From assembly GCA_038209745.1 (NCBI GenBank), contig JBBQXJ010000032.1, forward strand, positions 1-49,521: a DNA stretch of 49,521 nt. The letters run 5' to 3'. Within the stretch, counting starts at the first letter, position 1, and each line of letters starts with the position of its first letter. The notes under the pieces were generated by a model. It did not search any database. It saw nothing but the letters and a program-made list of their open reading frames with translations, and had not been told where the DNA came from. The stretch comes from Verrucomicrobiota bacterium. Its GTDB lineage: Bacteria > Verrucomicrobiota > Verrucomicrobiia > Limisphaerales > CANJSG01. Shown here piece after piece: positions 19,452 through 29,408 of the stretch. A program made the translations under genes and the position numbers.

Positions 19452-20461
19452 AGTCTGTCCCGTGTTTCTTGTTGGCTGTTCTCCTTGCTCTCGTTCCGGG
19501 CCGGGCCGCGGCTCAGGTCTTTCATCTTCCGACCGCGAACCTCGCCGTCCAGGAGCCCGGTCGTGAGACCGAGGCGTTCGCTCCCGTGCCTGGCCGTGAT
19601 TGGCGCAGCGGAATGTTCGGCTGCGTCCGCTCGGAGGGCTACCGCTTCCACGAGGGTCTCGACATCCGCAGCCTCCAGCACGACAAGCGCGGAGAGCCCA
19701 CCGACCCCGTGCTCGCCTCGGCGGACGGCACCGTGGTCTACATCAGCCGCAAGCCGGCGCTCTCGAACTACGGCAACTACGTCGTGGTCCAGCACATCGT
19801 CGAAGGCATTCCGGTCTATACGCTCTACGCGCATTTGAGCTCCATCCTGGAAACCTTGAAAGAGGGACAGCGGGTCCGGGCCGGCGAGCGGATCGCGATC
19901 ATGGGCCGGACCAGCAACACGCGGGAGAGGATCGGCAAGGATCGAGCCCACCTCCACTTCGAGATCACGCTCTTCCTGAACGAGGCCTTCATCCCTTGGT
20001 TCAAGAAGAACATGCCCGGCGCCCGCAACGACCATGGCATCTGGAACGGGCTCAACTTGTCGGGCATCGATCCGTTCGAGGTCTTCCAAGAGCAGAAACA
20101 GGAGGGCGCGAAGTTCAGCCTGGTCCGGTTCATCCGGACGCGACCGGAGCTGGGTCGGGTGGTGGTTCGCAAGAAGGACTTTCCCTTCATCAAACGGTAC
20201 GCCCCCTTGGTGGACCGGAATCCCGTCGCGGAGCGCGAAGGCGTCGCCGGCTGGGAAGTGGCCGTCACCTTCAATGGAACTCCCATCCGACTGACCCCGC
20301 GAGCCGAGTCCGAGCTGAAGTCGAAGTCGAAGTTTTCCGTGTCCTCGGTGAACGAGCCGGTGTTGGCGAAGTGTCCCTGCGGCAAGCTGCTCAAGAAGGC
20401 GGGATCTTCCTGGCAGTTGACCCGCACGGGCGAACTGCTCTTCGACAAGCTGGTCGATTGA
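19448..20461 (+). CDS. M23 family metallopeptidase
   Basis: HEGLD, YGNYVVVQH, TLYAHL, HLHFE; signal peptide; overlaps the upstream stop (ATGA). Confidence 0.9.
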   Translation: MKSVPCFLLAVLLALVPGRAAAQVFHLPTANLAVQEPGRETEAFAPVPGRDWRSGMFGCVRSEGYRFHEGLDIRSLQHDKRGEPTDPVLASADGTVVYISRKPALSNYGNYVVVQHIVEGIPVYTLYAHLSSILETLKEGQRVRAGERIAIMGRTSNTRERIGKDRAHLHFEITLFLNEAFIPWFKKNMPGARNDHGIWNGLNLSGIDPFEVFQEQKQEGAKFSLVRFIRTRPELGRVVVRKKDFPFIKRYAPLVDRNPVAEREGVAGWEVAVTFNGTPIRLTPRAESELKSKSKFSVSSVNEPVLAKCPCGKLLKKAGSSWQLTRTGELLFDKLVD

Positions 20462-20753
20462 TCCCCGGACGGAGGGCTCGCTTGCCAACCGCCGCTCGCG
20501 ACCTGGTTTTGGCGTCATGATGTTTCCAGCCTGCGGGAACACCCTCTCGAACAGGGTCGCCGGGAACGTGGCAGGGTCTGGCTGAATGCCGGCGAATTCG
20601 TCGCGATCCAGGACGAACGCCTCTCCCAGAGCGCTCGTCAACCAGAACTGGTCCTGACGATCTCCGCGGCCGCCGCGGCCGTGCGGCTCCATTTGCGCGG
20701 TTGAAGAGCGGCCGGAGGTTGCCAACGCCGTCGGCCTTTGGTCCCCTTCCGGC

Positions 20754-21524
20754 GTGCCATTTCCCCGACTCGTCTCCGCCCTAGCGGCCTGCCTGCTGGT
20801 TCTCCATCTCCAAGCCCGGGGAACCAACGAAGCGGGCGCCTGGATCCGCCAGATCGCGACGACCGATGCCGACGTCCACGCGATCCCCTTCGGCTTCCTC
20901 ATCGAGTCCGTGACCGGTCATCGGGTGCTGGCGTTCGATCCGACCAATGCGGTGGACGCCGAGGTCTCGCGACGGGTAGGGCAGGCGCTCGAGCGGGTGC
21001 TGCTCCTGATGAACGGGACCAACAGCCCGTTGCGCGCGGTGAAGCGGATCAACGAGGCCAGCCGCTTCTTCGAGAATGCCATCCGGGACGAACTGAACAC
21101 CTTCGAGGGGATCGGCTGCACGGTGCCCGCGACCGAGGAAGGGCGGATGCAACGCAGCGGCTATCCCGATCTGCGGCTGGTCCACCGGGCGAGCGGAAGG
21201 GTCTTCTTCCTCGATCCAAAGCTTCGCGGTCCCAAGACCCGCGCGAGCTCGCTGCGGACCTTCTACTACGAGCCGCGCTTCGCCACCAACAAGGTGCTGG
21301 ACGATGCCGTGCACCTGTTGGTCGGCATCGAGCACGACGGCGCCGCGGCGGGAAAGTGGACGTTCACCCGTTGGGAACTGGTGGACCTGTCGTCGCTCAA
21401 GCTGGAGCTGAAGGCGGAATTCCAGGCTTCGAACCGCGATCTGTATCAGCCCGCGACCATCATCGGACGGAGTCCGGAGCCGGATGAAAACAAAACGGAC
21501 GCCCCGCAGCCGGAGCGTCCGTAG
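20754..21524 (+). CDS. Hypothetical protein with signal peptide and EcoRV-like PD-(D/E)XK motif
   Basis: Hydrophobic N-terminus; FFE...YPDLRL...FFLDPK motif spacing. Confidence 0.65.
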   Translation: MPFPRLVSALAACLLVLHLQARGTNEAGAWIRQIATTDADVHAIPFGFLIESVTGHRVLAFDPTNAVDAEVSRRVGQALERVLLLMNGTNSPLRAVKRINEASRFFENAIRDELNTFEGIGCTVPATEEGRMQRSGYPDLRLVHRASGRVFFLDPKLRGPKTRASSLRTFYYEPRFATNKVLDDAVHLLVGIEHDGAAAGKWTFTRWELVDLSSLKLELKAEFQASNRDLYQPATIIGRSPEPDENKTDAPQPERP

Positions 21525-21548
21525 ATCGGCGACCAGAAAACGGGTCGG

Positions 21549-22247
21549 CTACTTCTTGAAGATGCCCGACGCGGTCGTGGTGGCGTCGGCTCCGGCGCCC
21601 TTCGTGGCGTCCATCGCGGCCTGGATCTGCGCCTTGAGATCGCCGACGAGTTTGCTCTGGTCCGCGGAGAGGTTCAGATCCGAGAGACCTTTGAGCGAAG
21701 TGAGAGCGTCCTGGAACTTGCCATCCTTGAGCAGCGACCGGGCGGCGGAGACGGTTTCGGTGACCTTGATCTGGATCGCGGAGGAGGCCTGGCCGACAGC
21801 CGTTTTGGCGGAATCAACGGCCTTGCCGGCGGCGGTCATGGCGGTCTCAATCTTGGTCTTCAGCCCGTCGACCGTTTGCGCCTGTGCGGGGGTGAGGGAG
21901 ATCGAGGACAGCTTGTTGAGAGAGCCCATGGCGTCCAGGAGTTTGCCCCGACCGATAAAATTCTGGGCTTCCAGGATCGCGGAATCGACCTTCTTGGAAA
22001 CCTCGGCGGTGACCCCGGTCCCGGTCGATTTCACCGTGCCGGCGGCCGGATCGACCCTGCTCTTCGCCTCGGTGGCGGGCACGGTCGGCGTGGCGGAGGT
22101 GGGGGAGTCGCTCTGGCCACATCCGACCAGGATGATCGTGGCGGCGGTGAGGATGATGGGGAGGAAAGGGTGTTTGTTCTTGGAATTTTGGGTGTTCCAG
22201 CATTTGCCAAAACGTCGTGTTCTTAGCGGATGGAGTGCCGAGTGCAA
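21549..22247 (-). CDS. Ala/Lys/Thr-rich helical lipoprotein (start uncertain)
   Basis: Lipobox ILVGC; two repeats of A...I..GK..DA..SL..LS...L(T/S)..Q...V..LK..I..AM. Confidence 0.75.
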   Translation of the reverse strand: MHSALHPLRTRRFGKCWNTQNSKNKHPFLPIILTAATIILVGCGQSDSPTSATPTVPATEAKSRVDPAAGTVKSTGTGVTAEVSKKVDSAILEAQNFIGRGKLLDAMGSLNKLSSISLTPAQAQTVDGLKTKIETAMTAAGKAVDSAKTAVGQASSAIQIKVTETVSAARSLLKDGKFQDALTSLKGLSDLNLSADQSKLVGDLKAQIQAAMDATKGAGADATTTASGIFKK

Positions 22248-22336
22248 CCGGGTGGATCGGCCCCCGGCAGGGACGGGTGCGTTTCGCTCACCAGTGATTG
22301 GACACCGGCCCGGCCGGTCGGCACACTCCGTCGCGT

Positions 22337-24019
22337 ATGCTCTTTGAGCGTCTCCACAGCCTCTACGGCACGGTCCAACAAACCCAGCGGCTCGCCCACA
22401 TCGTCCGGGTCTTCCTCAAACACGGCTACGACGATCTTGCCCGCGAGTTGCACCTCCCCTCTTCCGCTTGGCTTCCTTGGCGGCGCTTCCGGAGGAAGAA
22501 GCTGGAATCCGAGCGCCTGCCCCAGGAAGTCCGCCTCCGCCTCATGTGCGAGGAGCTCGGGCCGGCCTTCGTGAAGTTCGGCCAGTTCCTCGCCGCCCGC
22601 ACCCAGGCCCTGCCGCTGGAGTTCACCGTCGAGCTTTCCAAGCTCCATGACACCGTGGCTCCGCTCGAATACGCCTCGATCAAGGCGATCATCGAAGAGG
22701 AGATCGGCACGTCCTGCGAAGAGATCTTCGCCTTCATCGACGAGGAGCCCATCGGCAGCGCCTCCATCGCCCAGGTCCATTCCGCCACGCTCCTGACCGG
22801 CGAACCCGTCGTGATCAAGGTCCAGCGTCCCGGCATCCAGAAGATCGTCCGCGAAGATCTCCAGATCCTCCGTTTCTTCGCCCAGCGCGGCACGAGCATG
22901 ATCGAGGAATGGGGCGTCCTGGAGCCCGTCCGTTTGGTCGACGAGCTGGCCGAGAATCTGGAGAAGGAAATGGATTTCGAGGCCGAGGCCGGCCACATCG
23001 ACCGGTTCGCGCGGCAGTTCGCGGACGAACCCACCATCTACGTGCCCACGGTCTATCGGCGCTTCTCCACCAGCCGCGTCCTCGTCATGGAATACATCCA
23101 GGGCATCAAGGCGAAGGACCTTCTCCAATCGGGGATGGACCGCAAGCAGACCGGCGTCCGCATCGCCGATCTCCTGATGAAACAGGTCTTCGTCCACGGC
23201 TTCTTCCACGCGGATCCGCACCCAGGCAACGTGCAGGTGCTGGCGGACGGGCGGATCTGCTTCCTGGACTTCGGCCTGATGGGCTTCCTGAACCTGCGCA
23301 CCCGCGAAGCCTTCGCCGATCTCATCTACGGCATCGCCAAGCGCAACGAAAGCCGCGCCTCCTCCGCCCTGCTGAAGCTGTGCGAGGGCGACAACCTCGT
23401 CTCGCCGAACGTGCTGGAAACCGAGATGTCCGAGCTGATCCACCAGCACTTCCACGGCGCGATGGCGGAGCTCCAGTTCGACCGGCTCGTGACCCAGTTG
23501 CTCCAGTTGACCGCCAAACACCGGCTGCTGATTCCGGCCGATCTCGTGATGATGTTGAAGGCGTTCAGCCTCGTGGAGGCCTTTGTCCGGGAGCTGAATC
23601 CCGAACAACGTCTCGTCGAACAGGCGCAGCCGTTCTTGGAGCGCCTGATCAAGGACCGCTTCAAGCCTGAACGCATCTTCAACGACCTCGGAGGCTTCGC
23701 GGGCGAGATGGGAATCATGTTGGCCGAGCTCCCCGGTGAAGTCCGGCGCATCGCGCGGCAGCTCCAGTCCGGCAACGCCAAGGTGGTCTTCAAACACGAG
23801 GGCCTCGAGCCGTTGACCAACTCGCTCGAACGCACCACGAACCGGCTGGCCTTCGCGCTGGTCCTGGCCGCGCTGATCATCGGGTCGTCCCTCATCCTGC
23901 AATCACGGATTCCTCCGATGATCGGCGACGTGTCGATCATCGGCGTGCTCGGCTTCCTCTTCGCCGCGCTGATGGGCGTCTGGCTCATCATCTCCATGAT
24001 CCGACATGGGCGGATGTAG
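22337..24019 (+). CDS. ABC1/UbiB/AarF family atypical kinase
   Basis: ELGPAFVKFGQ, SASIAQVH, VIKVQRP, GFFHADPHPGN, LDFGLMG; C-terminal TM helices. Confidence 0.93.
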   Translation: MLFERLHSLYGTVQQTQRLAHIVRVFLKHGYDDLARELHLPSSAWLPWRRFRRKKLESERLPQEVRLRLMCEELGPAFVKFGQFLAARTQALPLEFTVELSKLHDTVAPLEYASIKAIIEEEIGTSCEEIFAFIDEEPIGSASIAQVHSATLLTGEPVVIKVQRPGIQKIVREDLQILRFFAQRGTSMIEEWGVLEPVRLVDELAENLEKEMDFEAEAGHIDRFARQFADEPTIYVPTVYRRFSTSRVLVMEYIQGIKAKDLLQSGMDRKQTGVRIADLLMKQVFVHGFFHADPHPGNVQVLADGRICFLDFGLMGFLNLRTREAFADLIYGIAKRNESRASSALLKLCEGDNLVSPNVLETEMSELIHQHFHGAMAELQFDRLVTQLLQLTAKHRLLIPADLVMMLKAFSLVEAFVRELNPEQRLVEQAQPFLERLIKDRFKPERIFNDLGGFAGEMGIMLAELPGEVRRIARQLQSGNAKVVFKHEGLEPLTNSLERTTNRLAFALVLAALIIGSSLILQSRIPPMIGDVSIIGVLGFLFAALMGVWLIISMIRHGRM

Positions 24020-24063
24020 GTGCCGGTTCAGCTTGGCCGAAACACAACTGTTTGCTCGGTCAC

Positions 24064-24411
24064 ATGATTGCCACCATCACACGTCAGTTTCCTCTTCTCA
24101 TCTTCTCGATGTTCTACGTCCTGGTGATCGCGATCTCCCTTGCGTGTGACCGCCTGTTTCGAGGCAAGGCAATGCCTGTCTCCCTCGCGCTGTCGCTTGT
24201 GTGCGGCATGGCGATGTTGTGGTTCTGCCAATATTGGAGTGACGGCTGGTCATGTTTTATTCGAATCCCGAACAGTGCGGTCCAAGCCTATCGGTATTCG
24301 GGAGATTGGTCCGCGATGCTTGCCATCGTTCTCTGGTATGGGATGCCCCTGTATTTGGCCTCTCTCGCGATCAGGTTTGCGAGGAAGAGGTCGAGCCAGA
24401 GCAGAAATTGA
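24064..24411 (+). CDS. Small hypothetical membrane protein (lower GC)
   Basis: Three hydrophobic segments; fills the gap after the ABC1 gene; no recognisable family. Confidence 0.5.
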   Translation: MIATITRQFPLLIFSMFYVLVIAISLACDRLFRGKAMPVSLALSLVCGMAMLWFCQYWSDGWSCFIRIPNSAVQAYRYSGDWSAMLAIVLWYGMPLYLASLAIRFARKRSSQSRN

Positions 24412-24543
24412 GGAAATGCCGAGCACGGCTGAGACGCACGGGGTCGAGGTTTTTCAGATTTGCCGCTGCTGTTGCGATCGGTTGATCGGGAACAATGAAT
24501 TTCCGACCGATTTAATGCGGGCAAACTGCTTCGGCCAGCGACT

Positions 24544-25230
24544 TCAGGCGGGATTGAGCAGATGGAGGCGGAGATCGGCCAGCGCCCGGGCGCGGTGGCT
24601 GAGTTGGTTCTTCACTTCCTCGCCGAGCTCCGCGAACGACCGGTCGTATCCGTGCGGCACGAAGAGGGGATCGTAGCCGAAGCCGCCGTGGCCGCTGGGT
24701 TTGGGATCGATGCGGCCTTCACAGGCGCCGGTGAAAAAGGCGGTGGTGGATTCGAGTTCTGCCGACGATGCGCCCGGTCGGATCAGGACGAGGGCGAGGC
24801 AGCAACGGAAGCGGGCGGTTCGCTTTTCGGCGGGCACGGGCTCGATCAGGCGGATGAGCTTGGCGTTGTTGTCGGCGTCCTGGCTGTTCCCCGGGGCGCC
24901 GGTACCCAAAGCGGCGAAGCGGGCGGAATGCACGCCGGGCGCGCCGCCCAGCGCGTCCACTTCGAGCCCGGAGTCGTCGGCGAGGACGTGGAACGGGCCG
25001 GCGCCGGCGCGGCTCCACAGCGGGCGCGTTGCGTCCGCGATGAGCCAGTGGGCCAGACTCAGGGCCTTCTTCATGGCGTTGCCCTCGAAGGTGAAGGCGT
25101 CCTCGACCGGGGTCGGTGCGCCGGGAGCCACGTCCAGCGTCAGACAGTTGAACCCGGTGCCGAGAATGGCGGCGATCTCTTCGGTCTTGTGCCGGTTCCG
25201 GGTGGCGATGAGGAGAGTGGTCGACTGCAT
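24544..25230 (-). CDS. rdgB: Non-canonical purine NTP pyrophosphatase (RdgB/HAM1)
   Basis: ATRNRHK, ADDSGLEVDALGGAPGVHSARFA, GFGYDPLF, KNQLSHRARAL. Confidence 0.95.
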   Translation of the reverse strand: MQSTTLLIATRNRHKTEEIAAILGTGFNCLTLDVAPGAPTPVEDAFTFEGNAMKKALSLAHWLIADATRPLWSRAGAGPFHVLADDSGLEVDALGGAPGVHSARFAALGTGAPGNSQDADNNAKLIRLIEPVPAEKRTARFRCCLALVLIRPGASSAELESTTAFFTGACEGRIDPKPSGHGGFGYDPLFVPHGYDRSFAELGEEVKNQLSHRARALADLRLHLLNPA

Positions 25231-25328
25231 GGCAGGAACGATGCCGGGGCGGTCGACGGCGGGCCAGCTTGGGATTGCGGGGCGGAAGACCGGGATTACT
25301 CTCCGGGCCGAAGCGTCATTCTATCGCC

Positions 25329-25721
25329 ATGAAACTCCACCCTCTTTTCCCCCTGTGCGCGCTGCCTGCATTGGTCGTCTCGCTCGGCACCGGCTGCGCC
25401 TCGGATCCCAACCGCCCCGGTCTCACCAACCCGCGCCAACCGGGTCCGGCGATCGGACGGGGCATCGGCAGCGTGGTGGGGTCGGTCGGCGGGAACGTGG
25501 TCGGCGGGGTGGTGGGCATCGGCGAGGGCGCCGTTGTGGCGGGATCGAAGCCGTTCGACACCACGCGGCGGGTCGTCCGCACTTGGCGCACGGAGACGAC
25601 GGCGGACGGGCGCACGATCCAAGTGCCGGTGGACATCGAAGTGGACGAATACGGCCGCCCGCTCCATGTGCCGGCGGTGGTGACCCCTCCGACCGTGGTG
25701 ACGGATCCGCCGGGGAAATAG
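25329..25721 (+). CDS. Glycine-zipper lipoprotein
   Basis: Lipobox LGTGC; G..VG..GG.V.G.V.G.GEG zipper. Confidence 0.7.
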   Translation: MKLHPLFPLCALPALVVSLGTGCASDPNRPGLTNPRQPGPAIGRGIGSVVGSVGGNVVGGVVGIGEGAVVAGSKPFDTTRRVVRTWRTETTADGRTIQVPVDIEVDEYGRPLHVPAVVTPPTVVTDPPGK

Positions 25722-25730
25722 CAGTCCCGG

Positions 25731-26462
25731 CTAGGAACGGTCTTTCGATGCAAGCACGAGTTTTCCGGTCCATTGACCACAGCAGGGCGGACCTTGGCTG
25801 TGGACCATCGAGATCGATCCAAGGCCGACGCCGATCTCCGTATAGCTGACGGTCTGCGCGTCGGGCCGGTGCATGCAGGTCGCGTAGGGGCCGGATTCCG
25901 GTGCGTGGGAGCGGTGGAGGCGACGGAGCCATTCCGCGCTGCCGGCGGTGGCGAGACCGCATTTCTCCCTGAAAACTTGGCCGCGCGATTTTTGGGCGCC
26001 GGGTTCATCGAGGCCCGAGGAGATCCATTGCCGCGGTTTCCAGGCGAAGTTCCGGGTTTCCAGTTCGACCGTGTTCCAGCGCCATTCGCGGAGGGTTTCT
26101 TCAGCCGGAAAGACTCCGACGAGACGGAAGGGATTGGTGTGGAGGAGCGGGTGCCGGCGCAGGGTTGCGTCGGCTTCGGCCCAGTTTTCGGTCGGGCGCA
26201 GGTGCAGGATGATGTCGCCCCGGGAGAGGGGCTTTCCAGCGGCGCGGGCGGTGATGGAATACCAGTTCACCAGCGCGAAGCCGACGCCTCGGTCGTTCAC
26301 GGAGATCCAGGTTCCGCCCGTCGGTTCGCTGGGGTGCAGGATGTCACAGCGCTCCACGGTGTGGCGTTGCGGCGGGAGGCCGAGAGGACGGGCGCGGCTC
26401 TCGTCGCGGTTCATCGCGAGTCGGTAGCCGCGGTGTTTTGGCCAGAAGGTGACGGTGCACAT
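25731..26462 (-). CDS. NRDE/TANGO2 family protein
   Basis: Start MCTVTF (N-terminal Cys), NRDE motif, GGTWI.VN..G, SRG, CMH...TVS. Confidence 0.9.
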   Translation of the reverse strand: MCTVTFWPKHRGYRLAMNRDESRARPLGLPPQRHTVERCDILHPSEPTGGTWISVNDRGVGFALVNWYSITARAAGKPLSRGDIILHLRPTENWAEADATLRRHPLLHTNPFRLVGVFPAEETLREWRWNTVELETRNFAWKPRQWISSGLDEPGAQKSRGQVFREKCGLATAGSAEWLRRLHRSHAPESGPYATCMHRPDAQTVSYTEIGVGLGSISMVHSQGPPCCGQWTGKLVLASKDRS

Positions 26463-26467
26463 CGGGG

Positions 26468-28126
26468 TCAGTCGGCGTTGGGATAGCCGTCGATCAGGCG
26501 ATTGGTGGAGCGCCATTTCCTTAGCAGCTCGCGTGGGCTGTTGGGCCGGACGCCGAGGGCGCGATTGGCGGCGCCGATGGCGAAGACGAGCGACCATTGG
26601 CGGAAAAGCGTGCGGTAGGCGGTGAAGACCGAGTTGCGGGCGTCGTAGATGCTGGTGGCTTCGGAGGCGGCTCCATTGAGCTCGAGGATGTGGAAATTCC
26701 GGCCCTCCAGCAGATCCTTCTCGGAGGCGAAGCGCAGGTCGTAGCGACCGATGAAAAAGCCCGGGACCTTCCGCGAAATGGCGTCGATCCGGGCGGCCAA
26801 GGCCGGCGTGGCGAAGCGGTGGCCATCGCGGAAGATGCAGCCTTGGGCGTGGTTGCCGGCCACGACGAGACGGAGCGTTTCGCCGACGGGCAGCACCTCG
26901 TCGCGGCGGTGGGCGAAGCGCTTCAAATATCTGCCGGCGACGAAGCGGGCGCGTTCGTCGCGCCAGACCAGTTCCTCCAGGGTGTGGTGGCCGTCGCCCA
27001 GCAGCACGGGGAAGATCTTCTCGGTGATGGCGAAGAGGTGGCCGCTCTTTTCGTGCGGGAAGCGGTAGTAGAAGACGCCAACCTCCAGCGGACCTGGCAA
27101 GTAGCGCTGCAGGACCAGCGGCGCGCTGGTGGCACGGAGATAGGCGTCGGCTTCGTCGGGCGTTCGCACGAGCTTCACGCCCATGCCGCGCTGGCCGATA
27201 TCCGGCTTGAGGATGAAGGGGAATTCCAGGCCCGAATCGGCGAGGATCTGCCGGAGACGAGGCCCGCGTTCGGCGGGGGAGCCGGGTTCCAACAGCCAAG
27301 TTTCGGCGGTGACTTCGGGGCAGGCCCGCCAGAGTTCACGCAGGGTTTCGAACTTGGATTCGCCGACGAGGCCGCCCGTTTCAATGCCCGGATTCGCCGC
27401 GCTGGGCAGCGTGAGGCCGCGATGGCGGAGCGAGAGCCAGAGGTAGTTCAGACCGACTGGAAGATAGAAAAGCCATGCCGGCCAGAATTCCCACTTGGTC
27501 CATTTCACGACCCTGGTTCCCAGTCGACGACGTCCCTGCCACGAGGCGAGGGTGAAACCGAGTCGGAGCAGGATCACGAACACCACTCCGAGGCCGAGGA
27601 CGATCCAGCCGCTTCCGCCCCAGCGTTCCAGCCAGGGGACCAACGCTTCGCCGACCGCCTGGGCGAGGAGGAAGATCGCCATCGTCCAGATCGCGACGGT
27701 CACGCCGGTGACGAGGAGGAAGCGGCCGAAAGGTTGCCGGAGAAACCCGGCGGCGAGGTAGGTCGGCAGGCGGGTGCCGGGAACGAAGCGGCTTCCCACC
27801 AGCAGCCAGATGCCGCGTTCGCTGAACCAGCGTTCGCTGCGGGCGACGGCTTCCGGATTCGACCAGCGTCGGAACCAGGGTTTCTCCAGCAGCGGCCGGC
27901 CGATCCCGCGGGCGGCGAGATAGAGCAGCGCGTCGCCGAGCCAGATCCCGAAGAAGCAGCCAAAGTACCCGGCCTGCCAGGTGATCCGTCCCACGGCGGC
28001 AAACAGCGCCGCGCTGACCGTCGGCAGGTCTTCCTGGATCAGGGTCAGACCCGCCAGGGTCAACGCCTGGAGGACGGGATGCCACTCGGTAAAGTGGGCG
28101 GGTAGGGCGGCGGTATCGGGAACCAT
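26468..28126 (-). CDS. DedA/VTT membrane domain fused to ATP-grasp ligase domain
   Basis: GIWLGD..LY..GR, SRFVPGTR (DedA); WEFWP..Y.P, AANP, PFILKPDIGQRG.GV, GNH..G, GRYDLR, LELNGA.SE (ATP-grasp). Confidence 0.85.
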   Translation of the reverse strand: MVPDTAALPAHFTEWHPVLQALTLAGLTLIQEDLPTVSAALFAAVGRITWQAGYFGCFFGIWLGDALLYLAARGIGRPLLEKPWFRRWSNPEAVARSERWFSERGIWLLVGSRFVPGTRLPTYLAAGFLRQPFGRFLLVTGVTVAIWTMAIFLLAQAVGEALVPWLERWGGSGWIVLGLGVVFVILLRLGFTLASWQGRRRLGTRVVKWTKWEFWPAWLFYLPVGLNYLWLSLRHRGLTLPSAANPGIETGGLVGESKFETLRELWRACPEVTAETWLLEPGSPAERGPRLRQILADSGLEFPFILKPDIGQRGMGVKLVRTPDEADAYLRATSAPLVLQRYLPGPLEVGVFYYRFPHEKSGHLFAITEKIFPVLLGDGHHTLEELVWRDERARFVAGRYLKRFAHRRDEVLPVGETLRLVVAGNHAQGCIFRDGHRFATPALAARIDAISRKVPGFFIGRYDLRFASEKDLLEGRNFHILELNGAASEATSIYDARNSVFTAYRTLFRQWSLVFAIGAANRALGVRPNSPRELLRKWRSTNRLIDGYPNAD

Positions 28127-28550
28127 GCGAAATTCGGGAGGGAGGATGTTGGATTCTCCCGGCCGTGGATAGTCGCAACCGCCGCCGACAGATTTCCTGC
28201 GCGATCGCCTTCCGGAATCGGGAAGGCGATCGGAGAACAACCAGTCACCGACCTGCGCGGATTGCTTCGCGAACGCGGAACCGGCCTCACCCGGTCCCGG
28301 ATCGACGTGGGATCTCTCCGAGATTCAGCGTGGAGTTTTGAAGATCGCCGCCGCCCACGCGGGTCCGATGATTACCAGCAGGTCGATCCGTCCCGACGGC
28401 GGCGTCCGCTTCAGTCGGGTGCTGTCGGCGAAGTGAACGGAAAACGCTCGGTCGACCATGTCGGTGATCGAGTCGGTCATTTGTGCATGAAGGGCCATTG
28501 CTGGGCACATCTCCGGATCTCTTCACACTCGAGGTGGACCCGAGTCCCGA

Positions 28551-29336
28551 TCAATTCCGCAGCGTGCTCGAACGCTCCCTGAGCCACTGGTAGTCGGTGG
28601 GCGGGGTGGCCGGGAAAATGCCGCCGACGCCGCCTTTGATGGGAGGGCGGATCGTTTCGGCCACGACCCAGTGGTGGGTCTCGATGTGGCCATCGGCGAA
28701 CGAGAGGTTGCCCGAGCCGTCGTGGTAGGAGGCGGGCAGGTTGCCCCATTTGTCCTCCGCCAGCCGGTTCATGAAGAAGCCGTCGTTCAGCGTGTCCGGA
28801 TGCTCGTCGAGGAAGACGAAGATGCCGGCGGGACTGGCCATCTCCGTGGCCTTGAAGAACTGGTTGTAGGCCGGGTTGAACTTGTTGGTCAGCACGCCCG
28901 GATCGCCCACGAGCGAGTTCATGGAGTAGCTGCGGGTTCGGGGTCCGTTCTGCGCCACGGAATGGTCGGACGGGCATTTGTAGACGGCGGTGTTGAGCGA
29001 GAGGAGCGGGGTGAGCTTGCCGCTGATGAGGTAGGCGACGTTGGTGTTCTCCTCGGCGGTTCCCCAGTCCATGACGTTGTTGACCCAGTTCTGGCGCTTG
29101 GCCTTGGTCTCGTCGATGCCGTGGTTGTTGACCAGTCGCCCGGCGTTGTCGTCGGCGTAGAGGTTCCAGGCGAGGTTGAGCTGCCGGAGGTTGTTCACGC
29201 AGGCGATCGTCTGGGCGCGGCTCTTCGACTTGCTCAAGGCGGGCAGCAGCATCGCGGCAAGGATCGCGATGATGGCGATGACGACGAGAAGTTCGATGAG
29301 GGTGAATCCCTTTGGTTTGGGTGACGGCGCGACCAT
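28551..29336 (-). CDS. Prepilin-type N-terminal cleavage/methylation protein with H-X9-DG motif
   Basis: [50 protein letters not shown]. Confidence 0.92.
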   Translation of the reverse strand: MVAPSPKPKGFTLIELLVVIAIIAILAAMLLPALSKSKSRAQTIACVNNLRQLNLAWNLYADDNAGRLVNNHGIDETKAKRQNWVNNVMDWGTAEENTNVAYLISGKLTPLLSLNTAVYKCPSDHSVAQNGPRTRSYSMNSLVGDPGVLTNKFNPAYNQFFKATEMASPAGIFVFLDEHPDTLNDGFFMNRLAEDKWGNLPASYHDGSGNLSFADGHIETHHWVVAETIRPPIKGGVGGIFPATPPTDYQWLRERSSTLRN

Positions 29337-29408
29337 GACCGGTAGAATGCCGAGTTCGGGTGGGTATTCCACCACCGTGTTTTGGGCGCAGGATCCGCGT
29401 GGCGGCCT

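Noticed and set aside
20462..20753. Small gene or ncRNA between M23 and the EcoRV-like gene
   Set aside because: No convincing start, family motif or stable structure recognised
24460..24530. Imperfect long hairpin between convergent genes
   Set aside because: Pairing is loose and single-copy in this window; cannot be distinguished from chance or a weak terminator
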